Of a stretch of 64,000 bases of DNA, positions 48,209 through 59,648 are shown piece after piece. The stretch spans positions 434,001 to 498,000 of the forward strand of contig CP145423.1 in NCBI GenBank assembly GCA_036867785.1, read 5' to 3'. This DNA comes from Plasmodiophora brassicae (Eukaryota). The notes under the pieces were generated by a model that worked only from the letters and a program-made list of their open reading frames with translations, did not search any database and was not told the DNA's origin. The position numbers and the translations under genes are program-made. Within the stretch, counting starts at the first letter, position 1; every line of letters begins with the position of its first letter.

Positions 48209-50858
48209 ATGGCCGATGGCGGGCGGGAGCCGGCGCGCATCCAGCGCCTGGCGCCGACCGTCGTCAATCGGATCGCGGCCGGCGAGGTCATACAGCGGCC
48301 GTCGGCGGCGATCAAGGAGCTGCTGGAGAACAGCATCGATGCGGGCGCGACCCGGATCACGATCACGGTCGCGCAAGCCGGTCCGGTCGACCCAGCGTGG
48401 CTGATTGGGCGCCGGGTCCTGACCGATCCTGTGCAGGTCTGAAGTATTTATCGATCACGGATAACGGGTCGGGCATCAGCGCCGTACGTCGTGCAGGCGG
48501 TGCTGCTGCTGCATAGTCGCTGACAGCCAGGATATATACCAGGACGATTTCCCGATTGTGTGCGAGCGGTTCACGACGAGCAAGATGAGGGAGTACAAGG
48601 ATCTGGAATCGATTGCGACGTTTGGATTCAGGGGCGAGGCGCTGGCGTCAATATCGCACGTGGCCCATTTGTCCATAACGTCTATGACGGCGTCGTCGAC
48701 CTGCGCCTACAAGGCATCGTTTCTCGATGGGCGACTCGTCGACGCGCCTCAGCCCTGCGCAGGTGTCCGCGGGACGCAGATCGTCGTCGAGGACCTGTTT
48801 TACAACATCGTCCGTTCCGTCGTTATCATTCTTCGTTCCGGAAATTTGACATGCGTCATCGTAGCCTATGCGCCTGAAATCCCTGAAGAACGTTGCCGAC
48901 GAATATAATCGATGCGTTACCGTCGTATCGCACTACGCCACTCACTACTGCGACGTCAGCTTTACGCTCAAGAAACAGGGCAAGGCCAAAGCCGACGTGC
49001 ACACGTCCGGAAGAGGCTCGCGTACGGACGTCATCCGTCTGCTGCATGGGCAGGTGCGCTTGGTGCCCTCTGGTTAAGAATGCTGCTGATTAATGTCGAT
49101 CTGCCACGTAGTCTATCGCCCGTGAGTTGCTGGCTGTGGACGCGTCCGATACGAACGCGACGTTTTCCGTTTCGATGAATGCGCTCATCTCTAATGCCAA
49201 CTTCAGCATGAAGTCGCTCACCGTGATCCTCTTCATCAACCGGCGTCTAGTGGAGTGCTCATCCATTCGCAAGGTCCTGGAGAGCGTGTACAGCGCAATC
49301 CTTCCAAAGGGTGCCCATCCCTTCGCCTACATGGATATTCGGCTGCCGGTTGGTGTGTCGATTATGACAACCTGGCACGTTTATCGATTGTCCTGCAGTC
49401 GGACACGGTTGACGTCAATGTCCACCCAACGAAACGTGAAGTGGGGTTCTTGCACGAAGCAGAAATATGCGAGCAACTCGAGCGCTGGCTTCAGGAGCGC
49501 CTTGGCCAGGCAAACTCGAGCCGGACGTACGCCGTCCAGGTGATCGACTCCTCGAATCTACAGACCTGCGTAGCACAACAGATTGTCAGGAAAGGTAACG
49601 ACACTTATGACGCCTGCAACCGTTAGTCGCACTGACGGTACGCGTCTAGCTGGCGAGGCGCCCAGTAAGTCCATTCGCACAGATTACCTGAATCCTGCAG
49701 GCAGGTTGTCGGCGTATATGTCCCAACCCGCGATGCAGACGCTGTCGAACTCCCAAACAGCAAGTAGTCAGTCTTCGCAGGAGCTGAACCTGACAAGCAT
49801 TGCAAACCTGATCGCTGAGGTACGTTTCCTGCTTGTGATAATTGCCATCGAGTTTGACGTCTAGCAGGTCGAAGGCGAGAAGAGCGAGCAATTAGCGCCC
49901 ATCTTTAGCCAGCACGTATTCGTTGGCTGTGTTGATGACGAGTTTGCCCTCATACAGCACGGCACTAAGCTGTTTCTGGTGAATGTCCCAACACTAACGT
50001 TCGTCTGTCTAGTCTGGTTGCTGTCGGCAGTCTGATGATCGTTTGTGCCCAGCAATTCTCTCGTTTACGAGCGCTGTTTGCGATGCTTTGGCCAGCACAA
50101 GCAGTTCAGGTTGCAGTCGAGGGAGCCGGTCTCAATCTACTCGCTCTGTCGGATTGCGTTGGACGACCCCAGTTCAGGGTGGACTCCGGAGGACGGTGAC
50201 AAGAACGACATCGCCATCCAAATCACCGAACTTCTAGTCAGCAAGGTCCGCAGGCGTGCTGCTCAACCGGTATACCGACTTGTTAACCGGTTCTCCAGCG
50301 TGCAATGCTCAAAGAATACTTCTCGATCGTGATCTCCAAATCAGGGGACATTGTAGCGCTACCGCAGGTATTTATGTCGCTGCCAAATGTTCATCACGAT
50401 TCAGACGTCTGCACAGATCATTCCGCGCTACGTCCCACCGCTTGCAATGCTCCCGATGTTTCTCCTTCGATGCGGTTCTGAGGTACGTTGTCGTCCGGCA
50501 GTAGCACGTGCGCATCTGATTCGTGGTACAGGTCGACTGGGCTTCAGAACAGCGATGTTTCATGACCCTGTCGCAAGAGCTGGCATTTTTCTACCAAGTT
50601 CACCCCGGCATGTACACGACGACGGCAGCGCAATCGTCAGGTTGTTGTTGTTGTTCCATGTGGCCGTACGGTTCATTCAGCCGGCTGATGCATGGTTTAG
50701 AATCAGGGGATGCGCCGACGTTACAGTGGACTATCGAACACATTCTGTTTCCCGCCATGCGCCAGGCGTTCTCCCCACCGGAAAGGCATATGTCCAATGG
50801 CGCCGTCGTGCAAATCGCATCCTGTGAAAACCTCTACAGAATATTCGAACGTTGCTGA
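48209..50858 (+). CDS. MLH1: DNA mismatch repair protein MLH1; multi-exon
   Basis: [52 protein letters not shown]-terminal FERC. Confidence 0.97.
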
Positions 50859-51519
50859 CTAGTCAAACGCTACGTCTGGCGGGCCATCCCCGGCCATAGT
50901 CCACGAGGGCCACTCCCTCGCATCGTCACGTCTTCGCTAGCGAAGTACCCAACCATGGGAGAAGGAGCATATTGTGCAGCACGCATCGCTGCAGAGCAAT
51001 TTGCCCAAGCGTCACAACCTGTCGATCGCCTGCAGCGCTTGCAAGGTCGTTTGTGACAATAACGGCCCAGAGCGTCTGTCGACGTTCCAGGACGCCCGTG
51101 TCGCGGAAGCAGGACTTCCTGCACATCACGTTCCAGCGTCTGTGCAATCTCTCATCTGAGCCGTGTCAGGAAACGCAATGACGGTAAGGCACGTCGCATC
51201 CCGACCCGGCGCTACTTTAGCATGGCGTAAGGCCTGCGGGTTGCCTGCGGGTTGCCTGCGGGATGAGGTGCGCTCAGAGGCCGCTGGCAAGTGCGCAGGG
51301 CCGGCGCGAGGGACGTGCAGCGCCGTTGGCAAGTGCGCAGTGCGGCGCGGGGGGTTCAAATTTGGCGCCCCGCAGTCAGGCGTGCGGCGTGGCAATGGAC
51401 AAGGCGTGCCCCGCCACGGTGCCTCCCCTCCACGGTGGTTCTGTAACGCCTCGACCCGCCTGTCTGCACTTTGCCGCGCGCCCGGCTGTCCATTCCGCTA
51501 TTGGATTGACTTCGACAGC

Positions 51520-52645
51520 ATGTCCAGTGTTGCCAGTCTCCTCGCCGTTCTGCTCGGCCTGCTCGGGTGCGTCGTCGCGTTCCGGCCCACGGTCGTCACC
51601 GATGACCCGCACCAGAGCCTGTTCGAGGAATGGCGCAACACGTTCAAGAAGGAGTACCACACGTTTGAGGAGTACGCTCATCGCATGAAGGTGTTCCTGC
51701 AGAACCACAGGCACATCGAATCGCACAACGCGGCGGGACATTCGTACACGCTCCGCGCCAACCACTTCGCCGACCTGACACACGATGAGTTCAAGGCTCG
51801 CTACAACCTCGGCAAGCCGATTCCGAAGAAGCAATCCGCCAAGACGGTATGCGATCAAGCGCATCACCTTCACGTCCCGAGATTCTGACGACCATTGTCC
51901 GCTAGGTCGACCTGTCCGGTCAGATCAATGTTCCAGAGTCGCAGGACTGGACGGAGAAGGGCGCTGTCACGCCTGTCAAGGACCAGGGCCAGTGCGGATC
52001 CTGCTGGTCGTTCTCGACGACCGGTGCTACGGAAGGTGCCAACTACATCAAGCACAAGAAGCTGGTCTCGCTGTCGGAGCAGCAGCTGGTTGACTGCTCG
52101 GGGCCGGAAGGCGACCATGGCTGCGACGGCGGCTTGATGGACTTTGGATTCGAGTACATCATCAAGGAGGGCGGCATCTGCACGGAGGCCTCGTACCCGT
52201 ACGAGGCCCAGGACGACACGTGCCGTGCTGACAAGTGCACTGACGTCGTCAAAGTGTCCAGCTTCGTTGATGTCGGTTACGTCGTCACGAATGTGAAGCC
52301 ATTGATTTCTCATCGTCGTTCCCACAGGTCGACCAGTACAATGAGCGCGCGCTGAAGGCTGCTGTCGCCCAGCAGCCTGTCGCTGTTGCCATCGAAGCCG
52401 ACCAGCTGAGCTTCCAGTTCTACGACTCGGGTGTCATGACCGGCGAATGCGGTACGTCCCTCGACCACGGTGTCCTGGTCGTCGGATACGGCGAGGACAA
52501 CGGCGTCAAGTACTGGAAGATCAAGAACAGCTGGGGTGGCTCCTGGGGCGAGGACGGCTACATCCGCATCGAGCGTAGCGAGTCGAAGGGCTTGCCCGGC
52601 CAGTGCGGTATCGCCATGCAGCCCAGCTACCCGATCGCCGCATAG
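51520..52645 (+). CDS. Papain/cathepsin L-like cysteine protease precursor; two introns
   Basis: Signal peptide, I29 prodomain (NHFADLT), [21 protein letters not shown]. Confidence 0.95.
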
Positions 52646-52851
52646 ACGACAGCCAGTATTACATCACTTCAAGATTGTCAGACTTTCGCCATAGAATACT
52701 CATACAATACAACCTCGCTGCGTATCTCGTCGTACGCGTGTCCGCAGAGGAAGGCACCCTCGCACCTCGTATTGAGAGAGCGTGCGTCTCAGCCGTCGCG
52801 TGACGTAGTCCGATATAGGCAGCCGCAAGCGGTGGCAGTCCGGTGTAACGT

Positions 52852-53618
52852 TTATGTCTGGGCGAGTTGCTGCAGCAGGTGCGCCTTCCGGGACTGCAGC
52901 AGGAGCCGGTGGAGTTCCTCCTCGGAGGGCAGCGAGCTGGTCTGTTCGGTGTGCACGACGTTGGCGAGTGCTTCGTCGATCGTCGGGCAGTCCGCGGGCC
53001 ACGCTTCGCGTTCGGCCTGCGCTTCCAGGCGCGCTGTCAGGTCCTCGTACATGCCCAGGTATTCCGGCGTGCACTTCAGGTTCATCAGGTGGATATCGCG
53101 GCGCGTTTCCTGTTCGTGCAACGACGCCTGCTTTTCGAGGAGCTCCCGTACGCCGGGCAGGTTCCTCGCTGCCCCGAAATACATATACCCGCCGTGCCCA
53201 CGGACGACCTTGCCGTCCACATCGGTGACGGCAGGGCCCCTGGCGTAATCCGGCCCACCCAGCTGCTTACACCGGACCTCCCATTGCCGTTTCTCCTCAA
53301 GAAGCCGATTGATCTGGTCGTTCATGTCCCGAATGCGATGCTCCCCGATACTGCCGTTCTGGACCCGGGTAATCGCCTGGGATATCTCACGAAGCACCTA
53401 AAGCAAGAACAGGGCATCACGTCAGAACAGCAGCGGCAGAGCGCGTGCAACAGGCGGCGTACCTGTTTCCGCCATTTGTCGGCCGACGCCACATTGTCAC
53501 ACTGGCTAGCCAGGAACGGGCGTCGCGTCTCCCGGTCTTTGACCGGGCCGGTATCGCCGCGCTTGTACGCCAACCATCGGTTCAGCATGCTCTGCGCCTT
53601 CTCCTCATTGCGCGCCAT
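52852..53618 (-). CDS. ISY1: Pre-mRNA splicing factor ISY1; one intron
   Basis: MARNEEKAQSMLNRW; RIRDMNDQINRL..W..LGGPDY; YMYFGAARNLPGVREL. Confidence 0.95.
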
Positions 53619-53972
53619 CGTTCAGCCGCCCAGACGACCACCGGCCCGCGCCTTCGACACTTGCCACGGACCGCCAACGCAATAACCGACGGTCGCACAC
53701 ACTGCAAACCTGCATCATCAAAGTTGACATGCAGCTGACTGGCGAGTGCAGCTCGCAGTTCCGCCTACACTGTATGACTGCAGTTGCCGAGCCGCGACTG
53801 CGCAATTGCCAGCACACGCTGAATCGTCATGACAGCAAAGTTGTTTTACACAGCCAAACTTGTGGATACGTCTGTTTGGATTATATCCGATAACAATGGT
53901 ATAGGGTGAGGTTGTAGCCGGATAAATAGCCGAACGCGTTCGCACGTGGGTTGGCGGGCGTGGGGACACGGG

Positions 53973-54694
53973 TCAGAAGGCTTCCTCCTCGTAGAACTCG
54001 GCGCCGTCGACTTCGTCCTCGTTGAAGATGCCGCCTCCGCCAACGTTCAGCGACCTGCCCGCCTTCTTCGACTTCTTCTTCTTCGTCGCCGCCTGCTTCA
54101 CCTTGTTCTTCTGGTTGTAGACCACCGTCAGCGCCGACTTGAGCTCGTTGATCTCCTCGATCGACAGCGGGTCCGACGCCGCTTTCAGCAATTCCTTCAG
54201 GAAGGTCATCCGCTTCGTGTTGCCGCGGCGCTCCACCTCGATGCGCTTGGCGACGTTCGCCGCGAATTCCCTGTAATCGTCCTCGGACGCCAGCGCCAGC
54301 TCATCGAGCTTCTCGTCGAGGCGCTGCGTGGCCCTCGCTTCGTTCCTGTCGCTGGCACCGAACAGGTCCTCGGCGTCGGCGAGCCTGTTCGCACGGATCT
54401 GCTTGGCGACCTCCTCGGGACTCGGCTCGACGTACTTCGGCCTCGCCGGCGCCGGCTGCTTCACCGGCGCTGCCGCTGGCTTCTTCACGGGCGGCGGCCG
54501 TTGCACGGACGCCGACGCCGCCACCTCCTCCTCGTCGCTGGACGCGTCCCAGTCGTCCACAACAGCCCCCTGACAATCACCACCACGCTCAGACAACGCA
54601 GGCGCGGCGACGGGCGACGCGCGGCACTGACCCCATGCGGGTCGTCGTCATCCACAACGACCGGGCCGGTCGGCGTCGACCAATCATCCGCCAT
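53973..54694 (-). CDS. EIF3J: Translation initiation factor eIF3 subunit J; one intron
   Basis: Acidic N-terminus with DDW motifs, AEDLFG, helical core, basic KKKKSKK tail and acidic end. Confidence 0.75.
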
Positions 54695-54859
54695 GATGCG
54701 TTCGCGCACAATGGCCTGGGGCAACTCCGTGAGCAGCCGAGTCCGCACTGACAATAATAGGTAAAACGCGACAGCAGAAACGCCGGCACCCATCGTTCCG
54801 ACCATGGGCTAAGTTCAGGGATACATACATAATTACATATATATGTGGGAGCGGAGGCG

Positions 54860-56935
54860 TCACCAGTAGTCGCCGCAGGAGCAGCGCCCGGCGTGGAAGT
54901 GGTGGTGGCGGTTGCCGTCGCGCACGTGCACGTCGCGGTGGAACAGGGCGGAGACGCGCCGCGTGCTCTCGTGACAGTCCGTGCAGGCCCTCAGGGTCTT
55001 GGTCAGCCGGATCGGCTCGTCGGGCGGCAGGACGTGCAGGGCGTACGCGATGGCGATCTTCTCGCTGTGCGCGAACACGACCCGGCGCAAGTCGTCGTCG
55101 GACGCGCCGCGCCTGGTCGCCACGGAGACGTCGGGCGCGTACCCGTCCCGCTCGAGGTCCTCCATCAGCCGCGCGTGGCGCCGCCTCAATTCCGGGTCGG
55201 CGTGCACCTTGGCGTCGTTCGCGTAAAAGTGCACGACAGACCGATCGGGGAGCAGGAGCGACGTTCGGCCGGGCACCTTGGACAGGCCCTGCGCCCGCAT
55301 GCGGTCGCGTAGCCGGTCGACGTCGTCGAACCGCCCAGCCGCCGCGTACACGTTCGACATCAGCACGTAGGCGGCTGCCGCGTACGACGACGAGCCCGGC
55401 AGCGCCAGCACGTTCGCGAACGCGCGTTCAGCGCGCGGCAGATCGTTGTGCCTGCGGCACGCGCTGAGCACCGCCATCCAGGACACGACGTTCGCGCCCG
55501 GGGCCGCCGCCGCCATCCGCTCGGCCTCGTCCAGGTTCCCGACCCGCCCATGCAGGCCGATCATGCAGTTCAGGTGCTCGTCGGCGGCGGCGACGCTCCA
55601 GGTCGACGTGAACTCGGCGGCGATCGCGTTCGCGCGACGCAGGTCGCCGGCATGGCCGCAGGCCGACAGCAGGGAGGACAGCGTGTGCCCGGTCGGCCGC
55701 ACGCCGCACGCCTTCATGCACTCGAACGTCGTGGTCGCCTGCGGCAGCATGCCGTGATGGCTGTAGGCCGAGATCATCGAGTTGAACGCGAAGGCGTCCG
55801 GCGGGGGCGACCCGGCCAGACGGGCGGTGAACGCGTCCTCGGCCGCCGGCAGGCACCCGCAGTCGTTGTAGGCGGCCACCAACGCGCTGACGACAGCGTC
55901 GTCCAGCGCGAGCCCTTCGTCGATCGCGTATCGATGCAGCGTGTGCAACGCGGCGAGCTCGGTGCAGCGTCCGCACGCGCGAACGAACAACGTGAACACG
56001 GGCAGGTCGACGGGGATGCCCCGGTCGACCATGGCCCGGAACACGTCCAGGGCGTCGGCGATGCGGGACGCCCTGCAGAGGGCCGACAGGATATGGGTGC
56101 GGATCCGGTCGGACGGCGGCAGGCCAACGGCGTCCATGACGGGCAGCGCCTGCAGGGCGGCGTCGACCCGGTTCTGCGACAGCAGCGCCTTGAACAGGTT
56201 GCCGAAGATCGTCTGGTTGTGCGGGGCCGCGATCGACGCCGACCGGACGAGGGCGAGAATCCGCTCGGCAACGTCGGCCGCCAGCGGCGACCTCGCCTCG
56301 GCGCAGCACGCCGCGAACATGGACAGGAGCTTGTCCGACATCTCGACGCCGTTGTCGATCGCGTCCGACACGAGGAACAAGGCGGACGCCGGGTTCTTCG
56401 ACAGCCTGCAGATGTTGGCGACGCCGAAGATGACGTTATGCGAACGCGGGCCGCTCTTCGCGTAGTGCTCGACGGCTTCCCGGGCCAGCACCGGGCGGGC
56501 CGCCTGGCACGCGCCGAGGAACGTGCAGAACAGGACGTCGGTGATGCGGACCCGGCGATCCGCGGCGGCGGCCATGACGTCCGGCGCCTTCGCCGGTAGG
56601 CACCGTTTGCAGACCTGCATCATGCTCGTGAAGAAGCGCACGTCTACGGCGACGCCCGCGTGGAGCACGCACTGGAACATGATCCAGGCGCGGCGCGGCT
56701 CCCACTCGTGCTGCAGCGCGCGAACCGCCAGCGACGCCGACGGCCGCGACACGGTCGCGCGGAACAGGCCCGACCCGGGCGCCATCGGCACCGCGTTCGC
56801 CGAAGCTGCAGGCGCAACTCGCGACGTCCGCCCATCCCGCCTCAGGGGGCGCAGCACCGCCAGCGAACTGCACCGGGCCCGCTGACCCCGCCCTGTCACG
56901 CCGCAGCAGCGAACGATCGCCGGCAGTGGGACCAT
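54860..56935 (-). CDS. PPR protein with E domains and an intact DYW cytidine-deaminase domain, intronless
   Basis: PPR motifs (FNSMISAYSHHG..G.RP), E1/E2 (YVLMSNVYAAAGRF), PG box, HSEK..CTDCH, HHF..GRCSCGDYW. Confidence 0.93.
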   Translation of the reverse strand: MVPLPAIVRCCGVTGRGQRARCSSLAVLRPLRRDGRTSRVAPAASANAVPMAPGSGLFRATVSRPSASLAVRALQHEWEPRRAWIMFQCVLHAGVAVDVRFFTSMMQVCKRCLPAKAPDVMAAAADRRVRITDVLFCTFLGACQAARPVLAREAVEHYAKSGPRSHNVIFGVANICRLSKNPASALFLVSDAIDNGVEMSDKLLSMFAACCAEARSPLAADVAERILALVRSASIAAPHNQTIFGNLFKALLSQNRVDAALQALPVMDAVGLPPSDRIRTHILSALCRASRIADALDVFRAMVDRGIPVDLPVFTLFVRACGRCTELAALHTLHRYAIDEGLALDDAVVSALVAAYNDCGCLPAAEDAFTARLAGSPPPDAFAFNSMISAYSHHGMLPQATTTFECMKACGVRPTGHTLSSLLSACGHAGDLRRANAIAAEFTSTWSVAAADEHLNCMIGLHGRVGNLDEAERMAAAAPGANVVSWMAVLSACRRHNDLPRAERAFANVLALPGSSSYAAAAYVLMSNVYAAAGRFDDVDRLRDRMRAQGLSKVPGRTSLLLPDRSVVHFYANDAKVHADPELRRRHARLMEDLERDGYAPDVSVATRRGASDDDLRRVVFAHSEKIAIAYALHVLPPDEPIRLTKTLRACTDCHESTRRVSALFHRDVHVRDGNRHHHFHAGRCSCGDYW

Positions 56936-57057
56936 GACCTAATACCGCGCGCGTTCCAGGGGGGCCGCTGCCAGTGTTCGCGGACACCGCAGCTGCCGGG
57001 CTGATGAATATGCAACCGTCACATGTATGTATACAGGGTTGTCGGTGCCGCTAGGTA

Positions 57058-59463
57058 CTACCAGCGGTCGGCACACGAGCAGCGACCGCGATGGAAGTGA
57101 TGCTGGGAGTGCATGTCGCGAACGTACACGTCGCGGTTGTAGATGCGGGAGGCGAGCCTGGTGAACGCGTGGCAGTCCCGGCACATCCACATGGAGTTCG
57201 TCAGGCGGATGGGGTCGCCAGGTGGCAGGGCGGCCAGCGCGGCCGCCAGGGCGATCTTCGGGCCGTGCAGGAAGACGGACTGGCGCGCGTCGTCGTCCGT
57301 TGCAGTCTGCTTCGTGACGACGGATACGTCCGGCGAGTAACCGTTCGCGAGAAGACGCTGGATGAGGTCCCCGTGCCCTGCACCGCAATTCGGGTCATCC
57401 GCACAGACGTGGGCCGAGCGGTCGGGCAGCTGGATCCAGGTTCGAGGAGGCCGCCTCGACAGGCCTCGCTCTTTCATGGAGTTCGCCAGCCGTTCGGCTT
57501 CGGCGACGTTCCCGACGGCAGCGAACAGGGCCGACATGAACGTGAAGATGGACGCCAGTGCCCGCGGTTCGATGGTCGGATAGGTCCCCAGGATGTGGGA
57601 GAAGGCGCGCCTCGCACGCGAAACGTCTTCGTGCCAGCTGCAAACCCGCAGCATGGACACCCAGGACATGACGTTCGCGTTCGCGTTCGTGTTCGCGATC
57701 CGCTCGGCGTCATCGAGGTCGCCGAGTCGGCCGCGTATCTCGATCAGCGCGGCGACGTCCGCGTCCGACAAGGGGACGCGCCAGGTGTCGGCGAACTCGT
57801 CGACGAACGCCTGGGCTGTCGTCAGGTCGCCCGATCGGGCGCAGCAGGTCAGCAGCGCCGACAACGTGCCGGCCTTCGGTCGCAACCCGCTGGCTTTCAG
57901 CTCGTCGAACAGCTGGAACGCATCGGTAGACAGACCATGCTGGCTGCACGCCAGGATCATGGCGTTCCAGGTCAGGATGCGACCCGGACGCGGCAACGAG
58001 CGGAACAGCGTCTCGCAAGCATCCGGGCGGCTGCACCGGTCGTAGGCGGAAATCAGCGACGACGACACGTTGTCGTTCGACAGGAGGTCGTCGTCGCGTG
58101 CGAACCGATGCAACACCTCGACGGACGAAGCGTCACAGCAACGACCGGCCGCATGGGCGACCTGCGTTAGCGCAGGGGCAGCGTTCCCGAGGCCCGGCGC
58201 GGCTTGCTGAAACAGGGCCATGGCACGCGGCATGTCGTCATCGTCGGCCAGGGCCGACAGCACGAGCAGGTCGGTGGAGACGGACGGGCGCAGGCCGGCC
58301 GCGGTCATCTCGCCCAGCGTCGCGCACGCATCGTCCAGGCGCCCGTTGCGAACGTACGCCGAGATCATGGCCGTGAACGTCGACACGTCCGGGAGCGTCC
58401 GGGCGCGGCGCTGCAGGAAGATCTGCTCCGACTTGGCCAGGTGGTCACAGCGGTCGTACGCTGCGATCAGCGCGCTGACGAACAGATGGTTGTCGAGGAC
58501 CTTGGCGTGGTCCCGGGCGTACTGGTGCAGGATCCGGACGTTCGGCAGGCGTGCATGCGCGAGCAGGACGCACAGGATGGGCACCTCGATCGTGATGTTG
58601 CGATCCACCATTGTCCGGTAGATCTTCATCGCGTCTCCGAAGCGATCGCCCTTGACGAGCGCGCAGATCACGTTGTTGAGCAGGAACCTCGTCGTCGGCA
58701 CCGCCGCCTTGTCCATCCGTTTCAGGGCCTCGAGCGCGGCGCCCAGCTGCTGATGCGACAGCAGGGCGCCAATCAGCGTGTCGAACGTCGACCGCTTCTC
58801 GAACGTTTTGACCTGCTTCGACAGGACGAGATTGGCGAGTCGCGCGACGGTATCCGAGGCAGACGCCGACCTGGAGGCAGAGCAGCAGCTCGCGAACGAC
58901 GCGAACAGGCGCTCAGACATGTCCACCTGGTTGTCGACCGCATCCGCGAAGAGGCGGAGGGCAGCGTCCGGCCTCTTCCCGATCCTGCAGACGTTGACGA
59001 CGGCGAAGATGACGTCGTGCGTGCGCAGGCCGGAACGAGCGTATTGCTCCAGGGCCTCGTCGACCGGGGTAGGCTGCGCCGATTGACACGCGACGAGGAA
59101 CGAGCACAGGAGCGGTTCGGTGACGATGATGCGGCGCGAGATCGCGGCACGCAGCACGGCGGGCGCCTTGGACGGCATGCGCTTCCTGCAGAACGCCAGG
59201 GCGACCTTCGCGAACTGCGCGTCGAACCGCCCGACGCGAAGAACGTGCTCGTACGCGGCCCAGGTCTGGGCGGGGTCCCTGCCCCGCACCGCCGACGCGC
59301 CGATCGCCTCGAAGTGCTCGTACTGGCCAAAGCGCCTGACGTGCGCCGGTCGCATGACGCCGGGACCCTGTCGCCACGGCCGTTGACCTATCGGCGCGCA
59401 CACCATCGACGGTCGACGACCCTGCCGAAGGCAGCAGCAGCAACGCGACCCGACGGTTGCCAT
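57058..59463 (-). CDS. PPR-E-DYW-like paralog with degenerate active site (HGPK, ends DRW), intronless
   Basis: Homologous to its neighbour; longer PPR array; HGPK..CRDCH..HHF..CSCADRW. Confidence 0.9.
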   Translation of the reverse strand: MATVGSRCCCCLRQGRRPSMVCAPIGQRPWRQGPGVMRPAHVRRFGQYEHFEAIGASAVRGRDPAQTWAAYEHVLRVGRFDAQFAKVALAFCRKRMPSKAPAVLRAAISRRIIVTEPLLCSFLVACQSAQPTPVDEALEQYARSGLRTHDVIFAVVNVCRIGKRPDAALRLFADAVDNQVDMSERLFASFASCCSASRSASASDTVARLANLVLSKQVKTFEKRSTFDTLIGALLSHQQLGAALEALKRMDKAAVPTTRFLLNNVICALVKGDRFGDAMKIYRTMVDRNITIEVPILCVLLAHARLPNVRILHQYARDHAKVLDNHLFVSALIAAYDRCDHLAKSEQIFLQRRARTLPDVSTFTAMISAYVRNGRLDDACATLGEMTAAGLRPSVSTDLLVLSALADDDDMPRAMALFQQAAPGLGNAAPALTQVAHAAGRCCDASSVEVLHRFARDDDLLSNDNVSSSLISAYDRCSRPDACETLFRSLPRPGRILTWNAMILACSQHGLSTDAFQLFDELKASGLRPKAGTLSALLTCCARSGDLTTAQAFVDEFADTWRVPLSDADVAALIEIRGRLGDLDDAERIANTNANANVMSWVSMLRVCSWHEDVSRARRAFSHILGTYPTIEPRALASIFTFMSALFAAVGNVAEAERLANSMKERGLSRRPPRTWIQLPDRSAHVCADDPNCGAGHGDLIQRLLANGYSPDVSVVTKQTATDDDARQSVFLHGPKIALAAALAALPPGDPIRLTNSMWMCRDCHAFTRLASRIYNRDVYVRDMHSQHHFHRGRCSCADRW

Positions 59464-59648
59464 CCGGTTGGCATCAGTCGGCGGGACGCGCGCACGCACC
59501 GCCTTGCTCCTCTCGCCTACGAGCGTCCCGACGTCGCCCAACTGCGACGTCGGGGTCGGCGCCTCAATGGGGGCGCGGCACGACAACTGCGCGCCCGGGG
59601 GATCAGGACGACTTAATGCCGGGTGTGTGTTCGCCGTTTCATATCGTT

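Noticed and set aside
51231-51345. Short GCCTGCGGGTT x3 and GGCAAGTGCGCAG x2 repeats upstream of the cathepsin
   Set aside because: Too short and GC-rich to assign a function from sequence alone.
52676-52690. 15-bp match TGTCAGACTTTCGCC to the Copia LTR start
   Set aside because: The match ends after 15 nt with no TSD or other LTR sequence; probably chance.
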